DNA of 64,000 nt from Diadema antillarum. Its lineage: Eukaryota. Shown here one piece after another: positions 1 through 12,600 of this stretch; within the stretch, counting starts at the first letter, position 1; the number at the start of each line of letters is the position of its first letter. The notes under the pieces are model-generated. The model made no database searches and was not told the DNA's origin. It worked only from the letters and a program-made list of their open reading frames with translations. Location: positions 744,001 to 808,000 of the forward strand of contig NW_027271249.1 in assembly GCF_040938485.1 (NCBI RefSeq), given 5' to 3'. A program made the translations under genes and the position numbers.

Positions 1-1937
1 TTCTTTCGAAAACAATGTCATACCGGTATAATTTTTCCATTTCCTGGACGAAAAATGTCGAACTCACTAGGCCTACTTCTCCATGTTACCAGTGTCTCAT
101 CTGTGAATTACTTCAAAAGCAGATTAAAAAAAAAACAAACTTGTTATCAGTACATTAAAAAATAGATGAATAAGTAAATGAAATTTGTCAGAATTGTTAA
201 TCCAAGGTAGATAAACACTTATTTATACACACTATTGTTATGCTTGGCGAAGTCTGTGAATATGTATTCTTTTTTTTTCAATTATTGTGTGTGTGTGCGT
301 GTGTATGTACGTCAGGGCATCTCAACAAAAGTTGTGTGTTTGTGTAACTTCTCGGGTCATGTTCCCCTTACCTACTCAGCACTACACTACCTCACTTCAT
401 ACATTATATACATGTAGCTATCATTTTTCCCATAAATATGAATGTTCCCCTGTATTTTGTGATTGATCTGACTGGAATAACATGTAACTGAATTAATACC
501 AGGAAACACAATCATGAAAACTGACAGAAAAAGTATTTATTTGCTGTCACTGTGGGTCTCAAACCATTTTCTCATTTACGTTGCTATTATGTTCAGTAGC
601 AAGTACATTCAAGTCAATAACATGTAACTGAATTAAAATTGAAATTGAGGAATGAGATTTATGGTCCTATGGTCCTATCTGTCATAGGACAATGACCAAT
701 GAATGCTTCAGTGAAACCTATTAATACTGACTAATAATGTACTTTGCATCTCCCACAAAATCAGACCTCATTACAACTGAATACACCATAAAGCTTTACT
801 ATTTATCCAATTTTAATCTAAAATCATAAAGCGTTAGTGATTGTGTAATAATATACGATACGTGTAGCAATGATGTCTGGAATGATAGGATACGTTGTGT
901 TTGCTGTTTCAACAATCAAGATGTAGAAATGCACTGACGTCTACAACTTCTTTCCGCATATTGATGTATATACCTTAAAGCAAACACGGTTACAGCAAAA
1001 TTCTCATTTGCGAAGTCATTTCTAGGCGCCATTGATAAGGAAAAACAACAATTGATTATAATGTGTTCCGCTATAACAAAATGCGCACCGCTTACGAAAC
1101 TACGGGGGAGAAGAAACATTTACAGAGTTTTTCTTTGTGTGCCAACACTTTAAAATTCAGAGTGTTTAAAATAAAAATAAAATCATTATTTTCGAACTAT
1201 CATTGGTTCACATAAAGTTAAGAAGGGAGCGACACGGAAATACACGAGAAATCCTGAAGGTTATGTTATTCAGAATTATTCCGCTAGATCGTTAATCCTA
1301 ATATGAAATAGGGTTTGTTATTCCGATCAACGGATGAATGCCGAGTCAGATGTTCATTAATCCGACAATGAAATGGGTTCGTTATAAGGAGCATTTGTAC
1401 CGTTTGTCAGAAGGTTCATTATTCGGAAGGTTTGATAGTCCGTTAATGAAATAAGGTTCGTTAATTCAGAACTTGAGGACTAACAACCCTCTTCAGAATT
1501 ACAAACCTGATTAACAAACCTTATTTCATACTCGGATTAACACATTGTTTGAATAACGAAACTGATTTCACTTTCAGATTTATGAACCTTTAAATAACTA
1601 CCCTTTCTTAACTGTTAGATTAGCGAACCTCCGGAAAAACTGGCCGTATTTCACATTTGGATTAACGAAACTTCCCAATAACAATGAATAATGACCCTTA
1701 TATCATTTTCGGATGAACCCCAAAAACAATAGGAGCCAAACTTTGACCTTCATTCACCTAAAAACAACAATTCAGCAGTATCATTGTTTCGATCAACCGA
1801 AACGACACATGTGTCTATGGCGCTTACAAAACAACCACCAAAACATGACCATGACCCTAAAAGAGGCTGGAGCCTTGGAACAGCATTGCCAGGAAGAATA
1901 AGGTTATAAATTTCACCATGATACATGACTATATAAG

Positions 1938-1970
<33 letters not shown>

Positions 1971-2468
1971 TATTGGGGGGGGGGGAGGACCATCAAAAAC
2001 CAACCAAAACTTAACCCTCTAGGCTCTATCAATATTACAGACATTGACGCAAATACGCTCAAACATTACATATATCTTTGAAACATCTACGTGTATTTTC
2101 AATAGTGTAAAAAATAAAAATAAGATACCACAGATTAAGCGATGGATGGAGTATTATACATTTATACATTAATGGGTGTTACGCATGTGTTACCAAATCA
2201 CCAACGCCCATACATTTTAGAAGACAATGTCTTTTAACCTCTTTATATTAGTGGGTGTCTTGTAATTAGTGGGTGTGTCAGCGCCCGTAAATGATTAAAA
2301 AAAACATACTGGGTTAAAATATGTCACAATATGTTTCACAGAACCCCCATATACATACATACACAGACACCCACATCAACACACGCACACACGCACACAC
2401 ACACACACACACATATCACATATTCATACATTATATATTCAATTCAATATATTTATATATATATATAT

Positions 2469-3419
2469 TGTAGCCTTCTCTCCTTCTGCCGCTAGTGTAT
2501 ATGTTATTATACGCTGTGTGCCATCCGGCCCCGGCAACTAGCTGGAGAAGGGTCAGGATGGTCCGAGCTAGGCTGGGGTCCGTTTGGTTGAAATATACAA
2601 CCAGGCGTGGAGAACGGCGTTGAAATGTACCATATTGCTGGGTTACTTACTACCAGTCTATTCCCATTACTTGCTTACTACCAGAATACTACCAGTCACA
2701 ATTCATCCAACGAAGATACCAGTACCAGAGCAGCTCATCCAATCGCAGATACCAATACCAGTGCAGCTCATCCAATCGCAGATACCAATACCAGTTCACT
2801 CGCATATCATTTCATCAGTTCCGTAATTGCACTGCACTACTCACCAATACTTGTGTTATACTGCAGCAGACTTCAAATGAAACGGTCCAGGCAGTAGTAT
2901 CCACTTCAATCAACGCTTTATTGACACTACTTATATCCACACTTTGGCCCGTATCTAGGCCCACCCAGCTGGCTTATCCACACTTTGGCCCGTATCTAGG
3001 CCCACCCAGCTCTATCGGCCTGTATCCAGGCCCACCCAGCTGTTTCGATACATATTCGACCTCTTATTATTCTCCGACCGCTATATTTCCGAAACAGTTA
3101 CGCATTTTACTTACTGACCTTTTCCTAACATACTAACGCTTATTAACCTTCCTCATCATACGGAAATGATTAAATAACGAAGCAATAATTGTATGAAAGA
3201 TTATTACTGAACATAATCGCATCTCCAACAATTATTACCCCTCTAAAATTCCTAACAAAACAATCCATAAACGTCAGTTTCCTTGAAACTGATCGATTCA
3301 TGATCGATTGCTAAAATAATCGATCGATTATATATTCGACCACGAAACTTTCAATATTGGGCTAATTTTCACCCTTTTTCTTACTAATACACTAATCTAC
3401 CAATTCTCCATTGGTTACA
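2469..3419 (-). repeat. 3' LTR of the Gypsy element (951 bp)
   Basis: Runs tgtagcc...ggttaca. Differs from 16236-17184 by about 3 substitutions and one 2-bp indel by eye. Contains internal ~33-bp and ~40-bp tandem duplications and a minus-strand AATAAA at 2917-2922. Confidence 0.97.
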
Positions 3420-3424
3420 CGACA

Positions 3425-3434
3425 CCCCTCCCTC
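3425..3434 (-). promoter_or_regulatory. Polypurine tract (GAGGGAGGGG) with adjacent hairpin
   Basis: Purine run 5 nt upstream of the 3' LTR on the minus strand. Inverted repeat agctcgg/ccgagct at 3439-3455. Confidence 0.75.
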
Positions 3435-4447
3435 GCTAAGCTCGGTCCCCGAGCTGACAAATAACAACTCGACAACTTGAACAGGTAAGTATAAAATACA
3501 ACAAAATGCAACACTCGATAAAAACCTTGCTACTATCTCAACGTCTTGATAGCATTTTCCTCAAACATCCAACCACATAACGTTTTATACCAAACATCTG
3601 TACGTTCTAACTTCCGCACGAATGGAAACCTTATGAGCACTGCTCAAATCACAAAATCCTACCGGGTCTCACCTCCTATAAACATGAACATGAACATGCT
3701 GTAATCTGTCTTCTAGCGCATTGTGCTGAATGAGCAAAACATGGCACCTCCCATCTTAATGGACCTTCACTGTTTGATTTTCATCCTAACAAATCAAATA
3801 AATGATACCAGCCTAATCAAACATACATCATCCAAAATTACTGCTAAAACTCTCCTCAAACAGAACACGGTCTCTATCACTTTGGTCCTATTTCTTCTTG
3901 AAAGAGAGACAAAATATAATTCAGTGCGATTACTCCAAAACAACCTGGTTTTATCTAAACCGCAACTAATATAAAAATCCACAGTCTGCACTGTTAATCC
4001 CAATATGATAACAAAAAGAATACCTCTCTGGTAGTATGGTCTTTGCTAAACATCGTTATCTTCCATCACTACCAATTAAGTGAATACCTACTTGGTATAA
4101 ACTGAAGTGCTTATGGTTACCTATAACACAACATTAATATCTGCCACTCGAAAACCAAAACCCTACATTTGACATATGTGAATAGTTGAAATAACAACTA
4201 GGTGTATGGAAATTGTACCATTTTCACACCATTTTATACCATATGTGAGCACAACATAGAATCTTAGCATAAGAAACCAAGTCCAGTGCGATACTTAATG
4301 TCCAATGATTACAGCTCATAAATCGGCAAAGCGTCCATCATGCTCATCCCGGTTTCCGTCCTTTCATTTATTTATTGTCCATAAATGTTTCAAAGTTTAA
4401 ACCAAATTAAAAGAACACTGGTTGCTACGTTAAACTGGTTCCCTTGC

Positions 4448-5197
4448 TCAATCGTCGGCCACGATATCTGTCTGCACCTCCAGCCACTCCCCGGCTGTAG
4501 TGATGTACCGCTCAATACGCCTTGTCCACACACGGCCTGGCCGCAACACCCGCCTGGTAGTGTTATCGATGCTGTCCGTCAGACTAGTGGCCTGCTCGCA
4601 CTGGCGCAACTGCAAAAGTCTGTCCCTGATGATGGTCCCGTCCAGATCCGCTGGCCTCACCTGTACCTCGGCATCAACAGCCATCTTAACCTCTGACCCT
4701 CTGGAGGCGGAGGCGACCGGGGACCTTGGAACCTCCCTCTTTCTACCCCCAGTCAGGTCCAATAGCTCACACTCGCTGTCTTGCTCCAGACACGCCTCGT
4801 CAATTAAAGGCGTCTCACCCCGTGATGGTGAAACGCGCCGAGCGGGTGACATGCTGCTAGATGGGACCCTCTTACGCCCCACTGCCACAGGTGACCGGCT
4901 CCTGCTTCTGTCTTTGTTGGGCGTGCTTGGGGCCTTATTCTTAACCGGTGCGGAGACGGGGGTCTTGGTGTGTACCCTGATGGTTGGAGCGCAATTAGAG
5001 GCATGCTCCCCATAATGTCTTTCCAATTCCTTACGATACGTGGTCCTAAATGAGCAACGGTCGCAGTAGTACTTTGGAGAATGTACGTCCTGCTCGTGTC
5101 TCTTCACCGAAGCCCGCGAGGCATAGACTCGTGAACACACCGGGCAGCGGTATGTTTTCTAGGGGTCCTTTTCGTCTCTTCTCTCCTCGGTGGGCAT
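4448..5197 (-). pseudogene. Extra ORF4 of the Gypsy element: tandem C2H2 zinc-finger protein with a premature stop
   Basis: ATG at 5197 (accATG) gives MPTEERRDEKDP, then TAG at 5161-5159. The frame continues KTYR-CPVC...HEQDVH and CDRC...HYGEH (two C2H2 fingers), an Arg/Ser/Pro-rich linker, and a stop at 4448. Confidence 0.75.
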
Positions 5198-5331
5198 GGT
5201 CTTAAAAATAATGATAACAAAACACACACAAAAAGAAGGCATCATTGAATTGTCCGATTTGGTACTGGCGTGTATGCTAAACTTATCCAGTCACTCCACA
5301 TACAACGACAATCACTGTTCCGGCACTGATA

Positions 5332-5955
5332 TCACTTGCAGAATCCGAAACACCAACAATCTGCGCGACCAGTATCTGGCCTAGCCCATACCGGCTCCTG
5401 AACTAGATGGGGGTAGCACTCGTGAGTCCCACACGGCGTATGCAGTTTATGTCGGTAACAGTCTACGACAGATCTGCTACCACGCAGGAAGTCGAGGCCC
5501 AATATTCCTTCATGGCGTATGTCAGCAACAATTACGTCTGCCGTATACGATAGAAGTCCCAATTGTAAAGCGACTGTTGCCTTCCCATCCATTGCCAATA
5601 GCGATCCGTCTGCCATCATCATCGGCTCATCCAGTGGGCTTAACGGTGGCTTACTGCTCGAGTCAATCGTGTCGTAAATCCTCCTGGCTATGAAGGAATG
5701 GGTTGAGCCGGTGTCCACCAACGCTTCAACTCGTGCCCCATTTACTGTGGCTTTTATAAACAGTCCGTGCCAAGTCCCATCCAGAACTGTCCTTTGCTCA
5801 CTTTCAGCAACATTACTGCCCCCAGCGGACCACTGTTCACCCCTCTGGTTCCTCGCCATGTCGGAAATGTCCTGCATGAATGCGAATACCAAAAATGAAA
5901 TAACATGAGATTTCAGTCCCAAAACAGTGAGAGTTCGACATGCCGATATGTGCAT
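5332..5955 (-). CDS. Extra ORF3 of the Gypsy element: stand-alone retropepsin-type aspartic protease
   Basis: HGLFIKATVNGARVEALVDTGSTHSF ... EGILGLDFL. Catalytic DTG at 5715-5707. Open frame; the start may be ATG 5955 or ATG 5859. Confidence 0.88.
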   Translation of the reverse strand: MHISACRTLTVLGLKSHVISFLVFAFMQDISDMARNQRGEQWSAGGSNVAESEQRTVLDGTWHGLFIKATVNGARVEALVDTGSTHSFIARRIYDTIDSSSKPPLSPLDEPMMMADGSLLAMDGKATVALQLGLLSYTADVIVADIRHEGILGLDFLRGSRSVVDCYRHKLHTPCGTHECYPHLVQEPVWARPDTGRADCWCFGFCK

Positions 5956-5957
5956 GC

Positions 5958-8900
5958 CTAGAAGTATCTGGGGGGACGTCTGTTCCGTCTCGGGTATAGG
6001 TGCGGTTCATAGCTGGAATCTCTTCCAGGCTCATCACCTTCCAACGCCAGCTCTGTTGATACAGCCTCATCAACTTGATTTGGGTGGGCATCTGAACCTC
6101 CATCAGACTCCTCGTCATCTGTAGCCGGTTCTGGTACAGCCTCCTCTACTTGTTTCGGTATGAACTCCCACACTGGCCTCTGCACCCCTGTATATGGCTT
6201 CAGGCGGTCCACATGAACCACCAGCGGCCTGGTCCTTGGTGAAAGCTGCAGCCGTAGCGTAACATCTGATAGTTTCGTGACGATCAAATATGGCCCCAAC
6301 CATTTCGTCTGCAACTTGGGACTGCAGCCCTTCTTCCGCATCTTTCTCCGGAGCCACGCATACTGCCCAACATTGTATGCTGCGACATGGGCCCTCTGAT
6401 CGTAAAACCGCTTCTGTTTTCTGCAGGCCAGCCCCAATCTAGCTCGTGCACGGTGATGTGCTCGTCTCATCCTTGTACGGAGATTCTCTGCATAATCTGT
6501 GCAGACCTCCTCCTGGTGGTCAGCATCATCTGGTTCAGCGACATCGCCTGGCATCAGCACCTCTCTTTCCATTGGGAAGCCGCTGGTTCTCTGTTGCAGT
6601 GGAGCACGCGGTGTTCTACCAGCACCCTTTCTCCTTGCACATATGTCACATTCACGCAGAGCAGACCGGAAATCTGCTGCCATCCCAATCCAGTAGTATC
6701 GTAGCCGAGCACGAGCTAGCGACTTGCCCATACCAAAATGGCCACCAGTCATAGAAGCGTGAACCGCCTGAATCACATCTCTCACAAGGACTCTTGGTAG
6801 GATAATCTGCCTCCTCACAGTGCTACCATCCGCTGCCTCCCAGCGACGGACAAGGACCCCGCTGCTAACCTCCAGCGCTTCCCAGTGATCCAAGAGCTGT
6901 CTTGCTTTGGCAGACCATGATGCTGCTTTTTCATCAGACGGTCGCTCAGCTGCCAGTTTAGCGGCACGAACCGGATTGATGTCCTCGTCTTGTTCCTGTA
7001 AACTGCCGATGTCGGGAGCCTCATCTGCTTCTTGCTCTACCAGTACCCTGGCTTGGTCTGCTGGTATCTCCTCATCACAACCGCATTGTCTACATGGTCG
7101 GCGTGACAACCCGTCTGCATTGCCATGACTTCGCCCTTGCCTATGACGGATCTCAAAATCATATTCCGAGATCAACTCCAACCACCTTGCCAGCTGACCC
7201 CTGGGGTCCTTGAATCTGACAAGCCATTGCAGCGAGCCATGATCTGTCCGTATCACCACATGACGGCCGTATAGGTACTGACGAAACTGCTTCAGAGAGA
7301 CCACCACTGCTAGGAGCTCCTTCCTCGTCACGCAGTAATTTCTCTCCGCTCTCCTCAGTGTGCGGCTTGCATATGCCACCACCCTCTCAGCACCATCTTG
7401 GACTTGGGAAAGCACGGCCCCAACACCAACGTCGCTGGTATCAGTATCGAGGATATAACTGCCATCTGGGCGTGGATAGGCCAGGATAGGAGGCGATGAT
7501 AATCTCCCCTTCAGCTCATCGAATGCCTCTTGGCATTCTTTCGTCCAGAGGAACTTGTGATTTTTCTCCATTAGCTGGTGGAGTGGTTTGGCGATGGAGG
7601 CGAAGCCTGCAACAAACCTGCGGTAGTACGATACCAGCCCCACAAAGCTCCTCACTTCCTTGGTGGTCCTCGGTGTTGGCCATTGTTGAATGGCGGATGT
7701 CTTGTCTGGATCTGTTGTCACTCCATCCTTCGACACGATATGCCCCAGGTACCTAACGCTGGTGTGAAATAGCGAGCACTTCGACGGCTTAAGCTTCAAG
7801 CCGGCCTCACGGAGTCGCTGGAAAACCACTCGAAGTCGTGACAGCTCATCTTCCACTGTCTTGCCAAAGACAATCACGTCGTCCAAGTACACAAGCAACA
7901 TTTCCCAGGTAAGGCCTGCCATCACTCTATCCATCAGACGCTCGAAGGTGGCTGGCGCATTACATAGCCCGAAGGGCATAACGCGCCAGGCATACAACCT
8001 GCCATTAGCGATGAAGGCTGATTTCTGCTTAGCCTGCTCGTCAAGCTGCACTTGCCAATACCCACTGGCAAGATCGAGGGTTGAGAACCACTTTGCCCCG
8101 CTGAGTGCATCCAGTGTGTCATCTATTCTGGGCAGCGGATAAGCGTCTTTCAGTGTTGCAACATTCAGTTGGCGGTAGTCTATGCACATCCTCTTGCTCC
8201 CATCCTTCTTTGTGACCAAGACCACGTTGGAAGACCAAGGACTGCTTACTTGCTCAATCAGCCCCTGAGATAGTAGCTGATCTATCTGTCTGTCAATCTC
8301 CGCCCTCTGCTCTGCTGGATATCGTCTTGGTGCTTGTCGCACTGGTCTCGCATCACCAGTATCAATGCTGTGCTGGACTAGATCAGTTCTGCCCAGATCT
8401 GTTGGTCCATGTGAGAAGACATCTGCAAAATCTTCCAGCAGCTCTGCTACTTGCGTGTGGTACTGCTCTGGGACCTCTTCAATGCTTCGCTCGTACAGCT
8501 CTACCACATGTGATGGCATGCCATCACCACCGTTCACGTCACGTGGAATTACCTCGACCTGTTCAGCGTTTTGGAGCTGAGTCAGACACGCCACCATAGT
8601 GCCCTGCTTCACCACTCTCTCTTCCTTTGTGGGGTTGTAAACTCTGATAGGGAGTACCTCAGCATCCGCCTCAACGACAGCCCTTGCTACCAGCAAGCCC
8701 TTACTGAGGGTCTCAGCCTGGTTGGTAGGAGCTTCCAGCAGGCCAACTCCTGCGATTGGTTGTGGCCTTCCACCTGCCACCATGCCTTTCAATATTGCCT
8801 CGTGTCCTGGGGGTACTGAACTGGTCTCGCTTGCTATGATTCTGCGGCAGAAAGGCTGACCCCGATGATCTTTGCATTGGATCGTCTCCCATGGCAGCTG

Positions 8901-9234
8901 CAGCTCCAGTTTGCGGCAATCCAGCACCGACTGTGTTTGCATCAAGAAGTCCAACCCGATGATACCCTCATTGTGAAGATTGGCCACCGTCACCTCAAAC
9001 ACGAACAGCAAATGTCCCATCTGGATTTCAGCCAGTGTTTTACCACTGGTCTCGAGTGGAGAACCGTCTGCTTGGCGCACTGTACGAGTTGCTCGCTGCA
9101 ATACCGGCTTCCTTGCATCTTCAATCTTGCTGAAGATCGCATTGGACACATACGTCTGCGATGAACCGGTATCAATTAGGAATGTGATGGGCTGACCGTT
9201 GATCTTAGACTCAACATGAAGACCATGATATCTG
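5958..9234 (-). CDS. pol: pol portion of gag-pol: protease, RT, RNase H, integrase lacking its catalytic core
   Basis: FLIDTGSS and GIIGLDFL (PR); LPRIDD and YLDDVIVFG (RT); DTDTSDVGVGAVLSQ, ELLAVV and TDH (RH); HHCC zinc finger HASMTGGH...CDIC. GFPMER is fused directly to EVLMP, so no DDE core is present; a GPY-like module (WLGPY) follows. Confidence 0.95.
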
Positions 9235-9603
9235 CTATTGATTTGATTTATTTATTCACCGTAAATTCAGCATAAAAAAGAGTACAGTAAAAGTATGACA
9301 AGCAATATAAAACATATGATCAACAGTAGAATAATACATAGAATGCATCAAATATGGAAAAGAGGAAGAAAACAAGAGAGGGAAATAAGCAACGAATATG
9401 TACGGTAGGATAGCCCATTCAGCTCAGTCTACGAAGACATGGCTGTTCTTCCATGGGGTCCTAGTATAAAATTGATATTGACATCAGGAAAAAAAAACAA
9501 AACAAACATTCAAACTGTAAAAAATATGTATATCACTGACAAGAGAAAAAAGGACATTGTATGTCGACTAAGCTACAAAGAAAGTAAACATACTATAAAA
9601 GGA

Positions 9604-12600
9604 TTACAAAAAATCTGGAACAAATGATATCAATTTACTAGAAAATGAAGCAGGACTACAAACAACTTTTAAGCTTGGAGGGAGATTGTTGTATTGCACA
9701 GCACCCCTATAATAAAAAGTTCTTTTACAGTATTCTGTCCTGGGTTTTGGCAATGCTAAGTTACCTGTTGACCTAAGTAAATAATTAAAATGACAATATT
9801 GGAATTGATCTTTTAAATACGGAGGTGCAAAATCATGTAATGTCTTAAAAACCATGGTGTTTAAATGGCAACAACGACGAGCTGCTAAAGACTTCCAGCC
9901 TAGACGTGCATGCAGCTCTCTGACCGACATATGTCTATACGGACTTATTCCTAATATTATTCGACATGCTCTGTTTTGAAGTTTCTGTAATAACCTTGTG
10001 TGTTTAGAACTGGTTGAACCATATATGACATCTCCATAATCAAAGATAGGAAGAATAATTGCGTTATAAACAACTTTTAGATTGGACAGATTGATTGTAT
10101 GTCGTAATCGGGATAACAACCGTACCAATTTACTTATTCGAATGCACATCTTATCAATATGGAGGTTCCATTTCAGACATGGATCTAAGATCATGCCAAG
10201 ATATTTCGTAGAATGTACCTGACAGATAATATTTTCATTTACCAATAAATGTAGTTTATTGCACTTTTTTAACTTCATCTGAGAGCCGAATAACATACAA
10301 ACCGTTTTATCTTGATTGAGGCTCAACTTCGATTCACACAACCAGCTAAAAATGTTCTGTAGTTCAGAATTCAAAACAGACTCAATCATAATGATGTCTG
10401 AATGTGAAAAATAAATAACAGTATCATCAGCGTATAAATGTATTGAACAGGAATGGACTTGTTTGACTATGCTGTCAATATATATGATGAACAAGAGTGG
10501 GCCCAAAATTGACCCTTGCGGAACACCGTAATCGATATTGGCTTCCACTGATGTTGATGAACTAAAATGTGTATATATTCTGCGATCAGTTAAATAACTA
10601 GAGAACCATGACAAACAACTCTCAGCAACACCTATAGCAGATAACCTTTTTAACAGAATGCAAGGATCAACAGTATCGAACGCTTTGCGTAAGTCTATAA
10701 ACACTGCACCGGTGTACTGACCGTGGTCAATGGCGGTCAGCCAATCATCAGTTACTTTTAGTAAAGTAGAAATGGTTGAATGATTTTTCCTAAAGCCCGA
10801 CTGGGCTTGGGATAAAATATTGTTATCTTTCAAGTAATTAGTCAGTTGGACTTGAACAAGCTTTTCCAATATTTTAGATACCGAAGACAGAATAGAAATG
10901 GGTCTATAATTATTTGGGGATGCTCTGTCTCCAGTTTTATATATTGGAATTATTTTTGATCTCTTCCAATTGGAAGGAAATGTACATTCTGATAAAGATC
11001 TATTGAATATGTGGGTCAATGAAGAAACAATAACCGGAAGAGCCATTTTTAGCATTATCATAGAAATATTGTCTACTCCCGTAGATTTCTTATTACTCAT
11101 TCCCAGAATTGTTTTCATTACATCATCTTCTGTTACTGAATTAAATTCAAAACATGATTGGACAGAATTAATATCAACAGTATCATTTCTGAAATCCGGA
11201 ATAGTAGCCGCTAGTTCGGATCCTATATTTGCGAAAAAATCATTGAATTGATTAGCCAAAACTGAACTGTTATTGCTATCAGTGCTGTTGTTAACAAGCT
11301 TTTTTGACGGTAGGAGCGGTTTAAGCACCGACCAAACATTTTCACCGGAAGAGCAATTAAAAACATTTGATAATTGTTTAGAGAAGTATTCTTTTTTTGC
11401 CAATCTGCATTGCTTTGTTACTAAGTTTCTGACTTTACGATACATATTCATAATATATTCATCATTGTATTTTGAGGCCTTTCGTTTCAGATCATCTCTC
11501 TTTTTCATTAACATTTTAATATTTGCGTTTATCCAGGGGGCAGGCTGTTTTCGTACGCGTTTCTTTTTAACCGGGGCAAATTTTTCAATCGAATCCATAA
11601 AATATGTTTCCCAAAGTTCAATTGCTTCATCAATAGTTGTGGCTGCTGATATTTCATGCCAAGGGTGATTAGACAAATGAATACGAAAGGCTTCCAAATC
11701 TACATTTTTTAAATTTCGGTAACTTATAATCCTAGGACTTTGCACAGATTTAAAATTCAAAATCAAATAACATAAATTGTGATCACTCAGTCCAACATTA
11801 ATTACTCCATAAGCTTTTACTATATCAATCGCATTGGTCATCATATGATCTATTAAACTCCTCGTATTATGCGTGACTCGAGTAAACTGCGTGGTATTTA
11901 TTTGCTGCAATGAAAATAATGTATTTATTTCTTCAAAACGCTTCAAAACATTCGACTTATATTTCTTGCGAATATCACAATTTATATCTCCCATCACAAT
12001 AATATTTAATCTGAAAGTATCAACAAAGGTTAAAACATTTTCATATATATTCATAATTTCAATTTTGCTGTCAGGAGGGCGGTACCAGGACATAAACAAA
12101 AAAGGTGCACATGATTTCGGTCGGACTCTGATCAAAATAAGCTCCAGCGAATCAGTTACATCAGAATGTATCACCTCATAAGGAATTGAATTGCGAATAT
12201 AAATAGCAACACCACCGCCATTACGATTCCGATCCTTACGGATTATATCGTAATGTTGAATACCTATTTCATTATCACTTATAGAATCATCCAAAAGTGT
12301 TTCATTCAAAGCTAAAATATGAATATTATTATCATATAAAAACAGTTTTATTTCTTCAACATTACGATATAAGCTACGAATATTAAGGTGAGTACATTTA
12401 AAATCATTATTTTTGAAGTGATCGTATTGTCGTGATACATCAGAACCATCATGCTCATTATCGTAACGAGAGCTCACAGGAGGTGTGATGAATTCTCTAG
12501 TATCAATATTTGACTCATCAGGTATACAATTAGCAAAAGGTAAGCACTGAAAAACGCATTTTGTACATCTCCAGTTCAAAAATTCATATTGTACATCATC

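Noticed and set aside
1260-1720. Degenerate ttattccgaa/ggttcgtt repeat fields (also ~25270-25730 and 39300-39510)
   Set aside because: Clearly repetitive, but I could not define termini or a family, so no specific call is made.
2584-2897. 80-aa and 96-aa plus-strand ORFs present twice (also 16351-16664)
   Set aside because: They lie in the LTRs and are duplicated only because the LTR is. The periodicity comes from the 33-bp tandem repeat; no domain is recognisable.
5332-5955. Second protease as a fragment of another nested retroelement
   Set aside because: No gag, RT, LTR or TSD is associated with it; the ORF is open, self-contained and abuts the pol stop.
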